Positions 1-10,328 of a stretch of 64,000 nucleotides of DNA are shown here, in pieces. The stretch covers positions 1-64,000 of the forward strand of contig CAVSCK010000004.1 of NCBI GenBank assembly GCA_963726455.1. The letters run 5' to 3'. Position 1 is the first letter of the stretch; the number at the start of each line of letters is the position of its first letter. The notes under the pieces were generated by a model that saw nothing but the letters and a program-made list of their open reading frames with translations, was not told the origin of the DNA and ran no database searches. This DNA is from an uncultured bacterium (lineage in GTDB: Bacteria > Zixibacteria > MSB-5A5 > CAIYYT01). The position numbers and the translations under genes are program-made.

Positions 1-2214
1 ATTCCCGCGCAGTCGCCGGGAACGGTGATTCAGTATTACATGCGGGCGCATGCATACAACGGCAAAGCCGACACGACGGAAATCTTTTCGTTCCGGGGTG
101 ATCGATTACGCGGCGATTTTGACGCCGCCGATATCGACAGGTTCCCGGTGCGGTCGGTGACACGGTCTGGTATGGATTGAATTGCCAGAACGATGGACTA
201 TACGACGACGCGTTCAATCTGACCGTCGGCCCGTCGCAATGGCCAACGACGATCTGGGACAATGCGGAGACCGCGGAGATAACGGCAACATCGATTTTGG
301 CTGCGGGGGCGAGTTACCCGTTCAAAGTGCGGGTGATTGTGGGACCGAGCATGTATGGCGATGTTGTACGGCTTCGTGTTTGCCAAATCACAGGCCAACG
401 GCGCGGTTCAGGTGTCGGCATCGGTGCGGACGACATCGGCAGGCCAGCCGATAACGCTGCCGTTCGCTGATAATTTTCTGACGCAGACGGTGGATATTGG
501 TTTGTGGGTTTACAATAACGGTGTCACAATCGACGCCCTGGCGCTGAATCCGCCAACCCCGCCATATGCGCTGCGGCTCAACGGAAGTCCAACCGGCGCG
601 GATACGATTATGTCGCAGGCGATCAACTTGAATGTCGCCCAGGGTGTGAATCTCAGTTATTACTACGAACAGACCGGCGGCGGTGAGGCGCCCGATGCCG
701 GTGACGATCTGTTCATAGAGTATCTCAACGATCAAGGACAGTGGAAATTGCTGAATCAGCATCTCGGAGCTGATCCTGACATGGCCAACTTCGCCATGGT
801 GTCAATGGGCCTGCCGGCGGATGCCTATCATGCGGCGTTCCGGCTGCGGCTGCGCAATACCGCCACGGTGGGCGCGTACGATGACTGGTTCGTGGATAAC
901 ATTCGCATCGACTACGGCCCGAATATCTCCGTGACGCAAACGGGATTCAGCAAGAACGTACCGCAGGGAGACTCGGCATACGATCATCTGATCATCAACA
1001 ATGTCGGGCTCGGCGGATTAACGTATTCGCTGTCGGTGGTACCGGATCTGTCGCCCGCGATGCGGTTGTTCGATCAGTTGGTGCAGCAGGGCCGGGTCAA
1101 TCATTACAGTTTCCCGGACGGCTGGAATGATTATCAGCAAGTCAAGGGCGATGAAACGGTGCGCCTCGGACCGGAAGCGGTTTACAACGCCGGTGGTCCG
1201 GATGGATTCGGGTACATGTGGATTGACTCCGATGAACCGGGCGGCCCGACATTCAGTTGGGTAGAGATTGAAGGAACCGGCACTGATATAACAACGGGAC
1301 TGGCAGATGACAACGTGATCGGACCGTTCCCGATCGGATTTGCATTCCCGTACTATGATTCCACGTACGCGGAATTTTACGTCGGATCGAACGGCTTGAT
1401 CGGATTCGGGCCGAATGCCAACTACTCATCGCTCGGAAATGTGGCGCTGCCGAGTAACGTCAGTACGGTGCCGAAGAACATCATTGCCTGGTGCTGGGAT
1501 GACCTGAACATAACCGATCCGGACAGCCCGGGCGGCAAGGTGTTGTATCAGATGGTCGGCAGTGATTTGGTGATCGAGTTTGCACGCTATCCGGAATACG
1601 ACGCGCTGACAAATCCCGGTGATATTATCACGGCGGAGATCATACTGTCGCCGAACGGTAATATCAAGTTGCAGTACCTGACGATTGCGGCGGGCTTCGA
1701 TATTCTCGGCAATACGGTTGGTTTCCAAAACAGACAGGGGACAATGGGCCTGACCGCGGCGATCAACACCGGCTACCTGCACCAGAATCTCGCGATACAG
1801 ATCGAGAAGCCGAAGGTGTGGTTGTTCACCGATCCGGTATCGGGTGAAATTCCGGGGAGCCAGACGGGGACGATCGATCTGATCTTCTCGGGAGTCGATC
1901 TTGACACCGGCACGTATAAAGCCAATCTCAAAATCTACTCCAACGATCCCGATTCGATCGACCAGGTGTTGACATTACCGGTGCAGATGAAGGTCGGACC
2001 GCCGTGGACGTGTGGTGATGCATCGGGCGATGACGTGGTAGACATATCGGATGCGGTGGCACTGATTGCTTACATTTTCAGCGGTGGCCCGCCGCCATCG
2101 CCTTTAGAAGCGGGTGACGCCAGTTGCGACGGAAACGTTGATATCAGCGACGCGGTGTATTTGATCGCCTATATTTTCTCAGGCGGTCCGGTGCCGTGCG
2201 CGACATGTAAATAG
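1..2214 (+). CDS. Secreted multidomain protein with C-terminal dockerin-like domain (5' partial; frameshifts in first ~370 nt)
   Basis: ORF 337..2214 ends in CGDASGDDVVDISDAVALIAYIFSGGPPP..GDASCDGNVDISDAVYLIAYIFSGGPVPCATCK. Plausible coding sequence continues upstream in other frames (frame 1 IPAQSPGTVIQYYMRA; ORF 177..470), implying frameshifts near ~95, ~160 and ~365. Also contains GGPDGFGYMWIDSDEPGGP and SNDPD motifs. Confidence 0.8.
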
Positions 2215-2240
2215 CGGTCCGTAAGGATCATTGTTGATGT

Positions 2241-2273
2241 AACAGGGGCGACCCAACGGGTCGCCCCTGTTTT
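2241..2273 (+). terminator. Rho-independent terminator
   Basis: Perfect stem AACAGGGGCGACCC-AAC-GGGTCGCCCCTGTT followed by T tract, 26 nt after the stop codon. Confidence 0.8.
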
Positions 2274-2350
2274 GTTGTGACCGATTTTGTCGCGCGAGGT
2301 GCGTGATGTAACGGGGATCAGGCACAGGTGTCTTCATGATCGTCATGATT

Positions 2351-2688
2351 TGTAGCCCACCCAGAGGCTTCCGTCGGGTGGGTTTTTCATTCGACTGCCG
2401 CAGCGTCTATTTCGAGAAGAGCGTTCTTGCCAGACGTGTAATAGCCAATTCTCGACCATTGCCCGTCAGCCGCCAGCCGCACCAGTCCCCGCCGGACGAG
2501 ATTGTTGTGACGATCGAATCCCACCCGTCGGAAGCCTTTGGGTGGGGTACAAGTTGACGAAACTGGCGAGACCGTCATGATCATAGTGCTTGAGCTTCAT
2601 TCGATGGGTATACTAGGGACACGGGTTTCAGACAGCAACGAAAGAACCCACCCGACGGAAGCCTTTGGGTGGGGTACAAGTTGACGAA
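2351..2688. repeat. Three REP-like palindromes (GTAG/GTAC + CCCACCC..GGGTGGG hairpin)
   Basis: TGTAGCCCACCCAGAGGCTTCCGTCGGGTGGG at 2351-2382. Opposite-orientation copies at 2520-2561 and 2647-2688 are a 42-mer pair with one mismatch. Confidence 0.8.
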
Positions 2689-4014
2689 GGTACAGACTCA
2701 TCAGATGGGTGACAGATTAGACTCATCACATAGGTAACAGTTATACTGCGTCGCGAATAAGGAGGTGACGCAGTGTGCTGGAAGGAGACTTGTGTGATGG
2801 ATGAGCGACTGAAATTTGTCGCGGAGTATTTGCGGGGAGATCGATCGGTGACGGCATTGTGTCGAACGTTTGGGATTAGTCGGAAGACCGGATACAAGAC
2901 GATCAGCCGTTATGCGGACGAGGGTTTGCAGGGGTTATTTAACCGTTCGCGAGCGCCGCACCAGCAGGCCAACGTCGTTAGCGACGAGGTATTTGGTGCG
3001 ATTGTGGGAGCGCGACGGCAGCATCCGCACTGGGGACCGCGCAAGCTTCTGGCCTGGCTGGAGCGGGAAGAACCGCGGACCGAGTGGCCGGTGGCGAGTA
3101 CGATTGGTCGGATACTGGTGCGTCAGGGACTGATAGTACCGCGCCGTCGTTCGCGGCACAGCCCGCCGTACACGGAGCCTTTCCAAGCTTGTGACCGACC
3201 TAATGCGGTGTGGTGTGCGGATCTGAAGGGTTGGTTTCACACCGCCGACGGCAGTCGCTGTGAACCGCTCACGGTTACCGATGCCTACAGCCGCTACTTG
3301 CTGCGCTGTCAGTCCTTACCGCGTGTTACCCATACTTATGTGCGACCGCTTTTCGAACATCTGTTTCGCGAGTATGGCCTGCCCTGGGCGATCCGCACTG
3401 ATAACGGTGCTCCCTTTGCCACCACGGCAGTTGCCGGCCTATCGCGGTTGGCGGTGTGGTGGATCAGACTCGGTATTGTTCCCGAACGAATCGCGCCAGG
3501 ACACCCCGAACAAAATGGCCGCCACGAACGCTTCCATCGCACCTTGAAGGAAGAGACGGTCACGCCTCCCAAAGGCTCGCTGGTCGAGCAGCAGGTCGCG
3601 TTTGATTGTTTTCGCGAACAGTATAACTGGGATCGTCCCCATGAAGCTTTGGCGGGACAAACGCCCGCCACCTTGTATCGGCCCTCGCTGCGACCTTATC
3701 CAGCACGGCTGCCGGAGATGACCTATCCCGAGCACCTGCAGGTGCGGCGAGTTCGCCCCAGGGGGAGTATCCGTTGGCAAGGAAGTGAATTGTTTATCAG
3801 CGAGGCACTCATCGGTGAACCCGTCGCCTTGGAACAGATCAGTGACCACCTGTTTCAAATCTATTACGGGCCGGTGCTGTTGACCACTTACGATGAGAAA
3901 AAAGCTAAGTTGTTGCGGCCGTCGGCCGCAACAAGAGAGGAACATTGACACCGATAACTTAAAGTGTTACCTATGTGATCGGTCTATTCTGTTACCTATG
4001 TGTCGGAACGCACA
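2689..4014 (+). mobile_element. IS481-family insertion sequence
   Basis: Transposase flanked by imperfect inverted ends, each with two copies of a CACATAGGTAACA-like motif (2702-2739 and 3965-4002). The right end finishes in ACA (4012-4014). No clear target-site duplication. Confidence 0.85.
2773..3948 (+). CDS. IS481-family DDE transposase
   Basis: MCWKET..N-terminal HTH (FGISRKTGYK), WGPRKL, rve core W.ADLKG..DAYSRY..TDNG.PF..QNGRHERFHRTLK; RBS AGGAGG. Confidence 0.93.
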   Translation: MCWKETCVMDERLKFVAEYLRGDRSVTALCRTFGISRKTGYKTISRYADEGLQGLFNRSRAPHQQANVVSDEVFGAIVGARRQHPHWGPRKLLAWLEREEPRTEWPVASTIGRILVRQGLIVPRRRSRHSPPYTEPFQACDRPNAVWCADLKGWFHTADGSRCEPLTVTDAYSRYLLRCQSLPRVTHTYVRPLFEHLFREYGLPWAIRTDNGAPFATTAVAGLSRLAVWWIRLGIVPERIAPGHPEQNGRHERFHRTLKEETVTPPKGSLVEQQVAFDCFREQYNWDRPHEALAGQTPATLYRPSLRPYPARLPEMTYPEHLQVRRVRPRGSIRWQGSELFISEALIGEPVALEQISDHLFQIYYGPVLLTTYDEKKAKLLRPSAATREEH

Positions 4015-4138
4015 GAGTTGGGTGGGGAGTTTCCAAGAATCGCTTGCTCGCATTATCCCCGCCTATTATTCTAGTGAAAGTCTCCGGACTAAATCGGAGG
4101 GCAAGTCGATGTTATTGATCCGAATTTGGAGGTAGTAA

Positions 4139-5212
4139 ATGGATAGAACCGAGTTGTTGTTGGCGGAAATGACCGATGCGTACGGTCCCCCGGGGCATGA
4201 AGATCAGATCGCGAAAATTTTCAAGAAGCATGTCGATAAGCTGGCCAAGGTGTATTACGACAAGATGGGATCGATTATCGCCGAACGGAAGGGGACGTCA
4301 GCCGATCCGAAAATCATGGTGATCGGCCATCTGGACGAAATCGGTTTCATGGTTTCGGAAATCACCGGCAACGGCTTTATCAAGTTCCTGCCGCTCGGTG
4401 GCTGGTGGGGACATGTGGCGCTGGGGCAGCGGGTGATGATCATGACCAAGAAGGGGCCGATACTGGGCGTGATCGGTTCGACACCGCCGCATATTCTGGA
4501 AGCGGAGGCGCGGAAAAAGGTCATGGAAGTGACGGACATGTACATCGACGTCGGTGTGAAGGGGAAGTTTGATATCAAGAAGAAACTGGGGATTGAGGTG
4601 GGCGACGTGATCGTGCCGGACTCGAAGTTCACGGTGATGGCCACCAAGGATATGTATATCGGCAAGGCAATCGACAACCGTTACGGTTGCGCGGCCGCGA
4701 TCGAGGTAATGTGGCGGTTGGAGAAGGTTAAGCATCCGAACACGTTGTATTCGGTCGGATCGGTGCAGGAAGAAGTTGGTTGTCGCGGTGCGGGAACGGC
4801 GGCCTGGATGATCAATCCGGATGTGTGTATCGTGATGGATACCGGTATTGCCAGAGATACGCCGGGAATCGCCGGCGAACCTGCGGAAAAATGCGGCAGC
4901 GGCGCCGAGATACTGGTGTTTGACGGCGGGATGATACCGAACGTCAAGTTGCGGCAGTTTGTCGTCGACACCGCTGAGAAGGCGAAGATCAAGTACCACT
5001 ATTCGAGCATGGCGCGCGGCACCACCGACGGCAGCCGCATTCACATGTCGCGCGTTGGAGTTCCTACAATCGTGGTCGGCGCGCCGGTGCGATACATCCA
5101 CGGGCACAATGGAATCATCAACCGTGGCGATTACGATGCCAGTGTGAAGCTGGTGACGGAGCTGGTCAAGAAGCTGGATGCCAAGACGGTGAAATCGTTC
5201 ACACAAAGCTGA
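4139..5212 (+). CDS. M42 family metallo-aminopeptidase
   Basis: GHLDEIGF, GKAIDNRYG, VQEEVG.RGA, GTTDG, RYIHGH motifs; RBS GGAGG. Confidence 0.92.
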   Translation: MDRTELLLAEMTDAYGPPGHEDQIAKIFKKHVDKLAKVYYDKMGSIIAERKGTSADPKIMVIGHLDEIGFMVSEITGNGFIKFLPLGGWWGHVALGQRVMIMTKKGPILGVIGSTPPHILEAEARKKVMEVTDMYIDVGVKGKFDIKKKLGIEVGDVIVPDSKFTVMATKDMYIGKAIDNRYGCAAAIEVMWRLEKVKHPNTLYSVGSVQEEVGCRGAGTAAWMINPDVCIVMDTGIARDTPGIAGEPAEKCGSGAEILVFDGGMIPNVKLRQFVVDTAEKAKIKYHYSSMARGTTDGSRIHMSRVGVPTIVVGAPVRYIHGHNGIINRGDYDASVKLVTELVKKLDAKTVKSFTQS

Positions 5213-5241
5213 GTTGCTGACGGAAATCTGAGGAGACAGGT

Positions 5242-6648
5242 ATGGCGCTGAGATTCTTCAATACAATGTCGCGGAGACTGGAAGAGTTCAAGGAGATTCA
5301 TCCGGGCGAGGTACGCATGTATACGTGCGGACCGACGGTTTATGGTTTCGCCCACATCGGCAATTTCCGCACCTTCATGTTTGAGGATCTGCTGCGCCGT
5401 TACCTGAAATATCGCGGCTACAAAGTCGTGCACGTGATGAATCTGACGGACGTCGACGACAAAACTATTCGCGACTCCAAGGCCGAAGGAACACCTCTGA
5501 CTGAGTATACCGCTCGATACAAGAAGGCGTTCTTCGAGGATCTGGATGTCCTGCATATGGAGCGGGCGGAATTCTATCCGGAGGCGACGGCGCATATTCC
5601 GGAAATGGTGGCGATGATCAAGAAGCTGTTGGATAAAGGTATCGCCTACCGGTCAGGGAATGACATTTATTTCTCGATTACGAAGTTTCCCAACTATGGG
5701 AAGCTGGCGCACATGGATTTGGATTCGTTGCAGGCGGGCGCGTCGCAGCGAGTTGCTAGCGATGAATATGAGAAAGAGCAAGTGTCGGATTTCGCGCTGT
5801 GGAAGGGTTGGGATGAATCGGACGGCGATGTGTTCTGGGAGACGGAAATTGGAAAAGGCCGGCCGGGCTGGCATATCGAGTGCTCGGCCATGTCGACCAA
5901 ATATCTTGGCAATCATTTTGACATGCATACCGGCGGCGTGGACAATATGTTTCCGCACCACGAGAACGAGCTGGCGCAGTCGGAGGCGGCCAACGACGAG
6001 AAGTTCGTGAATTACTGGCTGCATGCCGCGCACCTGATTGTTGAAGGCCGAAAGATGGCAAAGTCATTCGGGAACTTTTTCACCGTGCGCGACATGCTGG
6101 CCAAGGGCTATCCGGCAGTGGCGATACGGTACTTGCTGCTGTCGACGCATTACCGGGCGTCGCTGAATTTTACTTTCGACGGATTGGAAGGCGCGAAGAG
6201 CGCGATCCAGCGACTGAGGGATTTCTACGACAACCTGGCGCCTTCTGTTAAGGGTGGTGTGCCATCGGGGAGAGTTGACGAGTTCGTGGAACGGGCCAAG
6301 GCGCAGTTTGTCGAGGGACTGGATGACGATCTGAATATATCTCCGGCGCTGGCGGCGATTTTCGATTTCGTTCGTGACATCAATCGGCTGATTCTGGAAG
6401 GCGGAATCTCGAAGGACGATGCGGACAAAGTGACCGCGGCGATGGATGGATTTGATGCGGTGCTGGCGATTCTGAAGCGCGAGGCGGCGTCGCTGGATGC
6501 GGAAGTGGAGGCGCTGATTAAGGAACGCAACGATTCGCGCAAGAGCCGCAATTTCAAACGCGCCGACGAGATTCGGGATCAACTATTGGCGATGGGAATT
6601 GTGCTGGAAGACACGGCGCAGGGAACGGTGTGGAAGAAGAAGTTGTAG
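5242..6648 (+). CDS. cysS: Cysteine--tRNA ligase
   Basis: MYTCGPTVY..HIGN, GRPGWHIECSAM, FPHHENE, KMAKS signatures. Confidence 0.98.
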   Translation: MALRFFNTMSRRLEEFKEIHPGEVRMYTCGPTVYGFAHIGNFRTFMFEDLLRRYLKYRGYKVVHVMNLTDVDDKTIRDSKAEGTPLTEYTARYKKAFFEDLDVLHMERAEFYPEATAHIPEMVAMIKKLLDKGIAYRSGNDIYFSITKFPNYGKLAHMDLDSLQAGASQRVASDEYEKEQVSDFALWKGWDESDGDVFWETEIGKGRPGWHIECSAMSTKYLGNHFDMHTGGVDNMFPHHENELAQSEAANDEKFVNYWLHAAHLIVEGRKMAKSFGNFFTVRDMLAKGYPAVAIRYLLLSTHYRASLNFTFDGLEGAKSAIQRLRDFYDNLAPSVKGGVPSGRVDEFVERAKAQFVEGLDDDLNISPALAAIFDFVRDINRLILEGGISKDDADKVTAAMDGFDAVLAILKREAASLDAEVEALIKERNDSRKSRNFKRADEIRDQLLAMGIVLEDTAQGTVWKKKL

Positions 6649-6785
6649 GCAACTGTGAGCGCACTTTGTTGCGGTGAGTGATTACTAACCCTGAAGATAA
6701 CTATAAGCCGCAGAGAATGTTTTATCTTGAAGCGAATCAGCCGCTGCCGCATATTTGCGCCGGCTAAACAGCGTTTGCGGAAGAA

Positions 6786-7772
6786 ATGATGAAGATTTTC
6801 GATTACATATTCCTGTTGCGACCGATGCTGATAATTCCGGTCTGGACGATTACGCTATTGGGCGCACGCGCGGCAGAATGGCGGACGCGCGGAACCGATC
6901 CGTTTACATTGGATCGCTATCCGTTCGCCGATTTCTCGGTTGATGACAAGCAGATGCTGCTGACGTTATTGGTGGCGACGCTGCTGGCGGGGGGTGTGTT
7001 TATTCTCAATCAGATTTATGATATCGAATCGGATCGCCAGAACAAGAAACTGTTCCTGTTGCCGGAGGGACATGTGTCGCCGTCCGAAGCATGGGTGCTG
7101 TACATCCTGACCACGACGGTGGCGATTGTCGGGGCATTCCTGTTGAACTGGCAAATGGGATTCCTGTTCATCGCAGGCGCTGCGCTGGGTTTCCAATACT
7201 CGTATCCCGGATTGAAGTTGAAGGAACACTCGTATAAGGCGTTTCGCAACAATGTGCTGGGACATGGAATGCTGGCGTTTTTGTTCGGTTGGGTGATGAC
7301 GATGAAGGCGCCGGGTGAATTCACTCAATTCAATATTGAAGGCATCTTGCGCTCGCTGTCCTATTGTTTCGCGGTCGGCGCCGTGTATCTGAACACGACG
7401 CTGCCCGATTTGGAGGGTGACAAAGCGACGGGCAAGAAGACTTATGCCCTGGAATGGGGATTGGAAAAGACACTGCGAATTTCGCTGACAATGACGGTGG
7501 TGGCCGTTGTGCTGTCGGCGATGACGGCAGACTATGCGATGACGATATCGGCGGCGATTACGTTGCCGTTTTTTTGGATAGCAAAGACGCGCAAGTCGAT
7601 ATCGTTGGCCACGCTGGCGTCGAAGGTGGCCATCCTGGCGCTGTCGCTGTTTGCAGCTATCTACTTTCCGATCTACCTCGCAGTAGTGTTTGTCGTGATT
7701 GTCGCGACGCGAATTTATTATGCAGCACGATTTTCCATGCAGTACCCAGTGCTGGTGGAAAAGGATAAGTGA
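6786..7772 (+). CDS. UbiA-family prenyltransferase
   Basis: Multi-TM protein with NQIYDIESDRQNK and TLPDLEGDKATGKKT aspartate-rich motifs. Confidence 0.85.
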   Translation: MMKIFDYIFLLRPMLIIPVWTITLLGARAAEWRTRGTDPFTLDRYPFADFSVDDKQMLLTLLVATLLAGGVFILNQIYDIESDRQNKKLFLLPEGHVSPSEAWVLYILTTTVAIVGAFLLNWQMGFLFIAGAALGFQYSYPGLKLKEHSYKAFRNNVLGHGMLAFLFGWVMTMKAPGEFTQFNIEGILRSLSYCFAVGAVYLNTTLPDLEGDKATGKKTYALEWGLEKTLRISLTMTVVAVVLSAMTADYAMTISAAITLPFFWIAKTRKSISLATLASKVAILALSLFAAIYFPIYLAVVFVVIVATRIYYAARFSMQYPVLVEKDK

Positions 7773-8314
7773 TGAATCGCACCGGTGCCGCGATTGTCGC
7801 GATTGCGCTGTTGATGCTCGGCTGCACACCGAAACCACGATTTACCAACCCTGCCGCCAACACCCCGGTCGAAAGACAACGACCGACTACGGAGACAACC
7901 GAGCCAAGCGAGCATAAAGAGAAGCCGGCGAACAATCTCAGCCGCGTTGATTCGTACAAAATGAACCAGGTTATCGCGAAATATATGTCGACTCCCTACC
8001 AGCGGGGTGGTTCGGGAGTGCTGGGACTGGATTGCTCGGGATTTGTGTATGTTGTCTATCGCGACTACGACGGCACGCGGCTGCCGCTGACGGTGCAGTC
8101 ATTGTATCGACTCGAAGACCGCGTGGAGCCGGCGGAGTTATCGTATGGCGATCTTGTGTTCTTCCGGTCGGACGGCCGCAAGGTGTCGCACGTCGGGATA
8201 TACATCGGTGACGGGAAATTCGTGCACGCCTCGGAGACGCGCGGCGTGGCCTTCGACGATCTAACCTCTGATGCCTTCGCTCCCCAGTACGCCGGCGCCC
8301 GGCGTATCAAGTAA
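7769..8314 (+). CDS. NlpC/P60 (C40) lipoprotein peptidase
   Basis: Lipobox LGC; PY..GG...GLDCSGFV, GDLVFF, HVGIYIGDGKFVHAS. Confidence 0.93.
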   Translation: MMNRTGAAIVAIALLMLGCTPKPRFTNPAANTPVERQRPTTETTEPSEHKEKPANNLSRVDSYKMNQVIAKYMSTPYQRGGSGVLGLDCSGFVYVVYRDYDGTRLPLTVQSLYRLEDRVEPAELSYGDLVFFRSDGRKVSHVGIYIGDGKFVHASETRGVAFDDLTSDAFAPQYAGARRIK

Positions 8315-8374
8315 GGCGGCCAACTCTTTTCAGTGTAAAACGGAATGGAGCCGCGTTGTCGGCCGATAATGATT

Positions 8375-10210
8375 ATGGTGATTGACCTCAAGGATAAACT
8401 CAAAGATCTGCCGGACAAGCCGGGTGTCTATTTGATGAAGGATGCCGGCGGGAAAATAATCTACATCGGCAAAGCGAAGATTCTCAAGAACCGCGTGCGC
8501 ACTTATTTCGGAAGCGCGCCGGAGCCGAATCCGAAGGTCGCAGCGATGCGCGAGAAGATCGCGGATTTCGAGTTGTTGGTGACCGATACGGAAGTGGAGG
8601 CCCTGATTCTTGAGGCAAACCTGGTCAAACTGCACAAACCGCGATATAATATCAGTCTCAAGGACGACAAGCAGTACCCGTACTTCAAGCTGACCCAGGA
8701 CGACGATTTTCCACGCCTGATCGTCACACGCAGCATGAAACGTGACAAGGGCCTGTATTTCGGACCATATGCGAATGTCGGCCCGATGCGCGAGACTCAC
8801 CGTCTGATTACGCGGCTGTTTCACCTGCGGAGTTGCAGTTTGCGGATACCGCATCCACGCGGAGGCAAGTACCGCGTGTGCCTGCAGTATCATATCAAAC
8901 GGTGTCCCGGACCTTGCGAAGGATTGATCTCAAGGGAAGAATATGACCGCGAGGTGCAGAAGGTAATCAAACTTCTGCAGGGGAAGTCCGCCAGTTTAGT
9001 CGAGCAACTACAGAAGGAAATGGCCGAGCACGCGACGTTGCAGAACTACGAAGAGGCGGCGACTATCCGCGATCAGATTCGGGCGATCGAATCGGTGATG
9101 CAAAAGCAGAAGGTGACGGAAGATCATGTGGTCGACCGTGATATCATTGCGTTTGCGCGCAGCGCCGGCGATGTGGCGGCCGTTGTGTTGCAGTTGCGCG
9201 ATGGACTGCTCATCGGCAGGCAGAATTATCATCTCCGGGCGGACAAAGCCGAGGGCGAATCGGAGATTGCCGGGGCATTTTTCGAGCAGTACTACCTGAA
9301 TTCGACGTTCATTCCGGAAGAGGTTTACTGCTCGTTTGGAGTGGACGATGAACAGGTGATTCGCAAATGGCTGGCGCAGAAACGCGGAGGCAGAGTCGAA
9401 CTATTGTTTCCGCAAAAGGGAGAGAAAGCGCGCCTGGTGGAGATGGCGGAGACGAATGCGCGGCTGCTTCTGAACGAATTGCTGAAACAACGTCGTGAAC
9501 GGGAGGATAAACTTCCGGCGAACGTGGCAGCGCTGCAGAAGGATTTGTATCTGGTCAGACCGCCAAGGGATATCTGTGCGTTTGATATTTCCAATCTGGG
9601 CACCAGTGATGCGGTCGGATCGATGGTATTCTTCCGCGACGGTAAACCGTTCAAGAAAAACTATCGTCATTTTAAGATCAAGACAGTGGTCGGGCAGGAC
9701 GATTTCGCGATGATGCGGGAAGTGGTGTCGCGTTACTTTACGCGAGTGCTGGTGGATGAAGAGGCCATGCCGGATTTGTGCCTGATCGATGGCGGCCGCG
9801 GGCAGCTCAATGCAGCATTGGCGGCGTTGAAAGAGGTGGGAATTGACGAACTGCAAATCTGCGGTCTGGCGAAACGACTCGAAGAAATCGTGTTACCGAC
9901 CGACAGGAAGATGCTGTCGCTGCCGCGAACCTCGCCGTCGTTGAAGTTGCTGCAACGCGTGCGTGATGAGGCGCATCGATTCGCCGTGACCTATCATAAG
10001 AAATTGCGCGACGGCAAGATCGAGCGCTCGATATTGGACGATATACCCGGAATCGGCGGCAAACGTAAGGAGCAGTTGCTGACGGCATTTGCATCGACCG
10101 ACGCGATTCGGGAAGCGCCGTTGGAGAAACTGCAGGAAGTGTTGCGGAATAAGAAGCTGGCGAAGACGATCAGGGAGTTTTTTGATACGAAATCGGGAGC
10201 GAGATCGTAA
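8375..10210 (+). CDS. uvrC: Excinuclease ABC subunit C (start could be 8345-8378)
   Basis: LPDKPGVYLM..IYIGKAK.LKNRV (GIY-YIG), UVR domain, FDISN, IDGGRGQL, RDEAHRFA, C-terminal HhH. Confidence 0.97.
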   Translation: MVIDLKDKLKDLPDKPGVYLMKDAGGKIIYIGKAKILKNRVRTYFGSAPEPNPKVAAMREKIADFELLVTDTEVEALILEANLVKLHKPRYNISLKDDKQYPYFKLTQDDDFPRLIVTRSMKRDKGLYFGPYANVGPMRETHRLITRLFHLRSCSLRIPHPRGGKYRVCLQYHIKRCPGPCEGLISREEYDREVQKVIKLLQGKSASLVEQLQKEMAEHATLQNYEEAATIRDQIRAIESVMQKQKVTEDHVVDRDIIAFARSAGDVAAVVLQLRDGLLIGRQNYHLRADKAEGESEIAGAFFEQYYLNSTFIPEEVYCSFGVDDEQVIRKWLAQKRGGRVELLFPQKGEKARLVEMAETNARLLLNELLKQRREREDKLPANVAALQKDLYLVRPPRDICAFDISNLGTSDAVGSMVFFRDGKPFKKNYRHFKIKTVVGQDDFAMMREVVSRYFTRVLVDEEAMPDLCLIDGGRGQLNAALAALKEVGIDELQICGLAKRLEEIVLPTDRKMLSLPRTSPSLKLLQRVRDEAHRFAVTYHKKLRDGKIERSILDDIPGIGGKRKEQLLTAFASTDAIREAPLEKLQEVLRNKKLAKTIREFFDTKSGARS

Positions 10211-10227
10211 ATGGATTCTGCGTGCCA

Positions 10228-10306
10228 GGTCGCGCCTAAAGTCGCTCCTACAATGACATTTCCCTGCTTGATCTAAACTGATGTAGGAGCGACTTTAGGC
10301 GCGACC
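10228..10306. repeat. GTAG-type REP inverted pair (REPIN) between convergent uvrC and mtnA; may double as a bidirectional terminator
   Basis: GGTCGCGCCTAAAGTCGCTCCTACA (10228-10252) and its exact reverse complement TGTAGGAGCGACTTTAGGCGCGACC (10282-10306). Confidence 0.85.
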
Positions 10307-10328
10307 CTGGGGCGGAATTGATAGCCGT

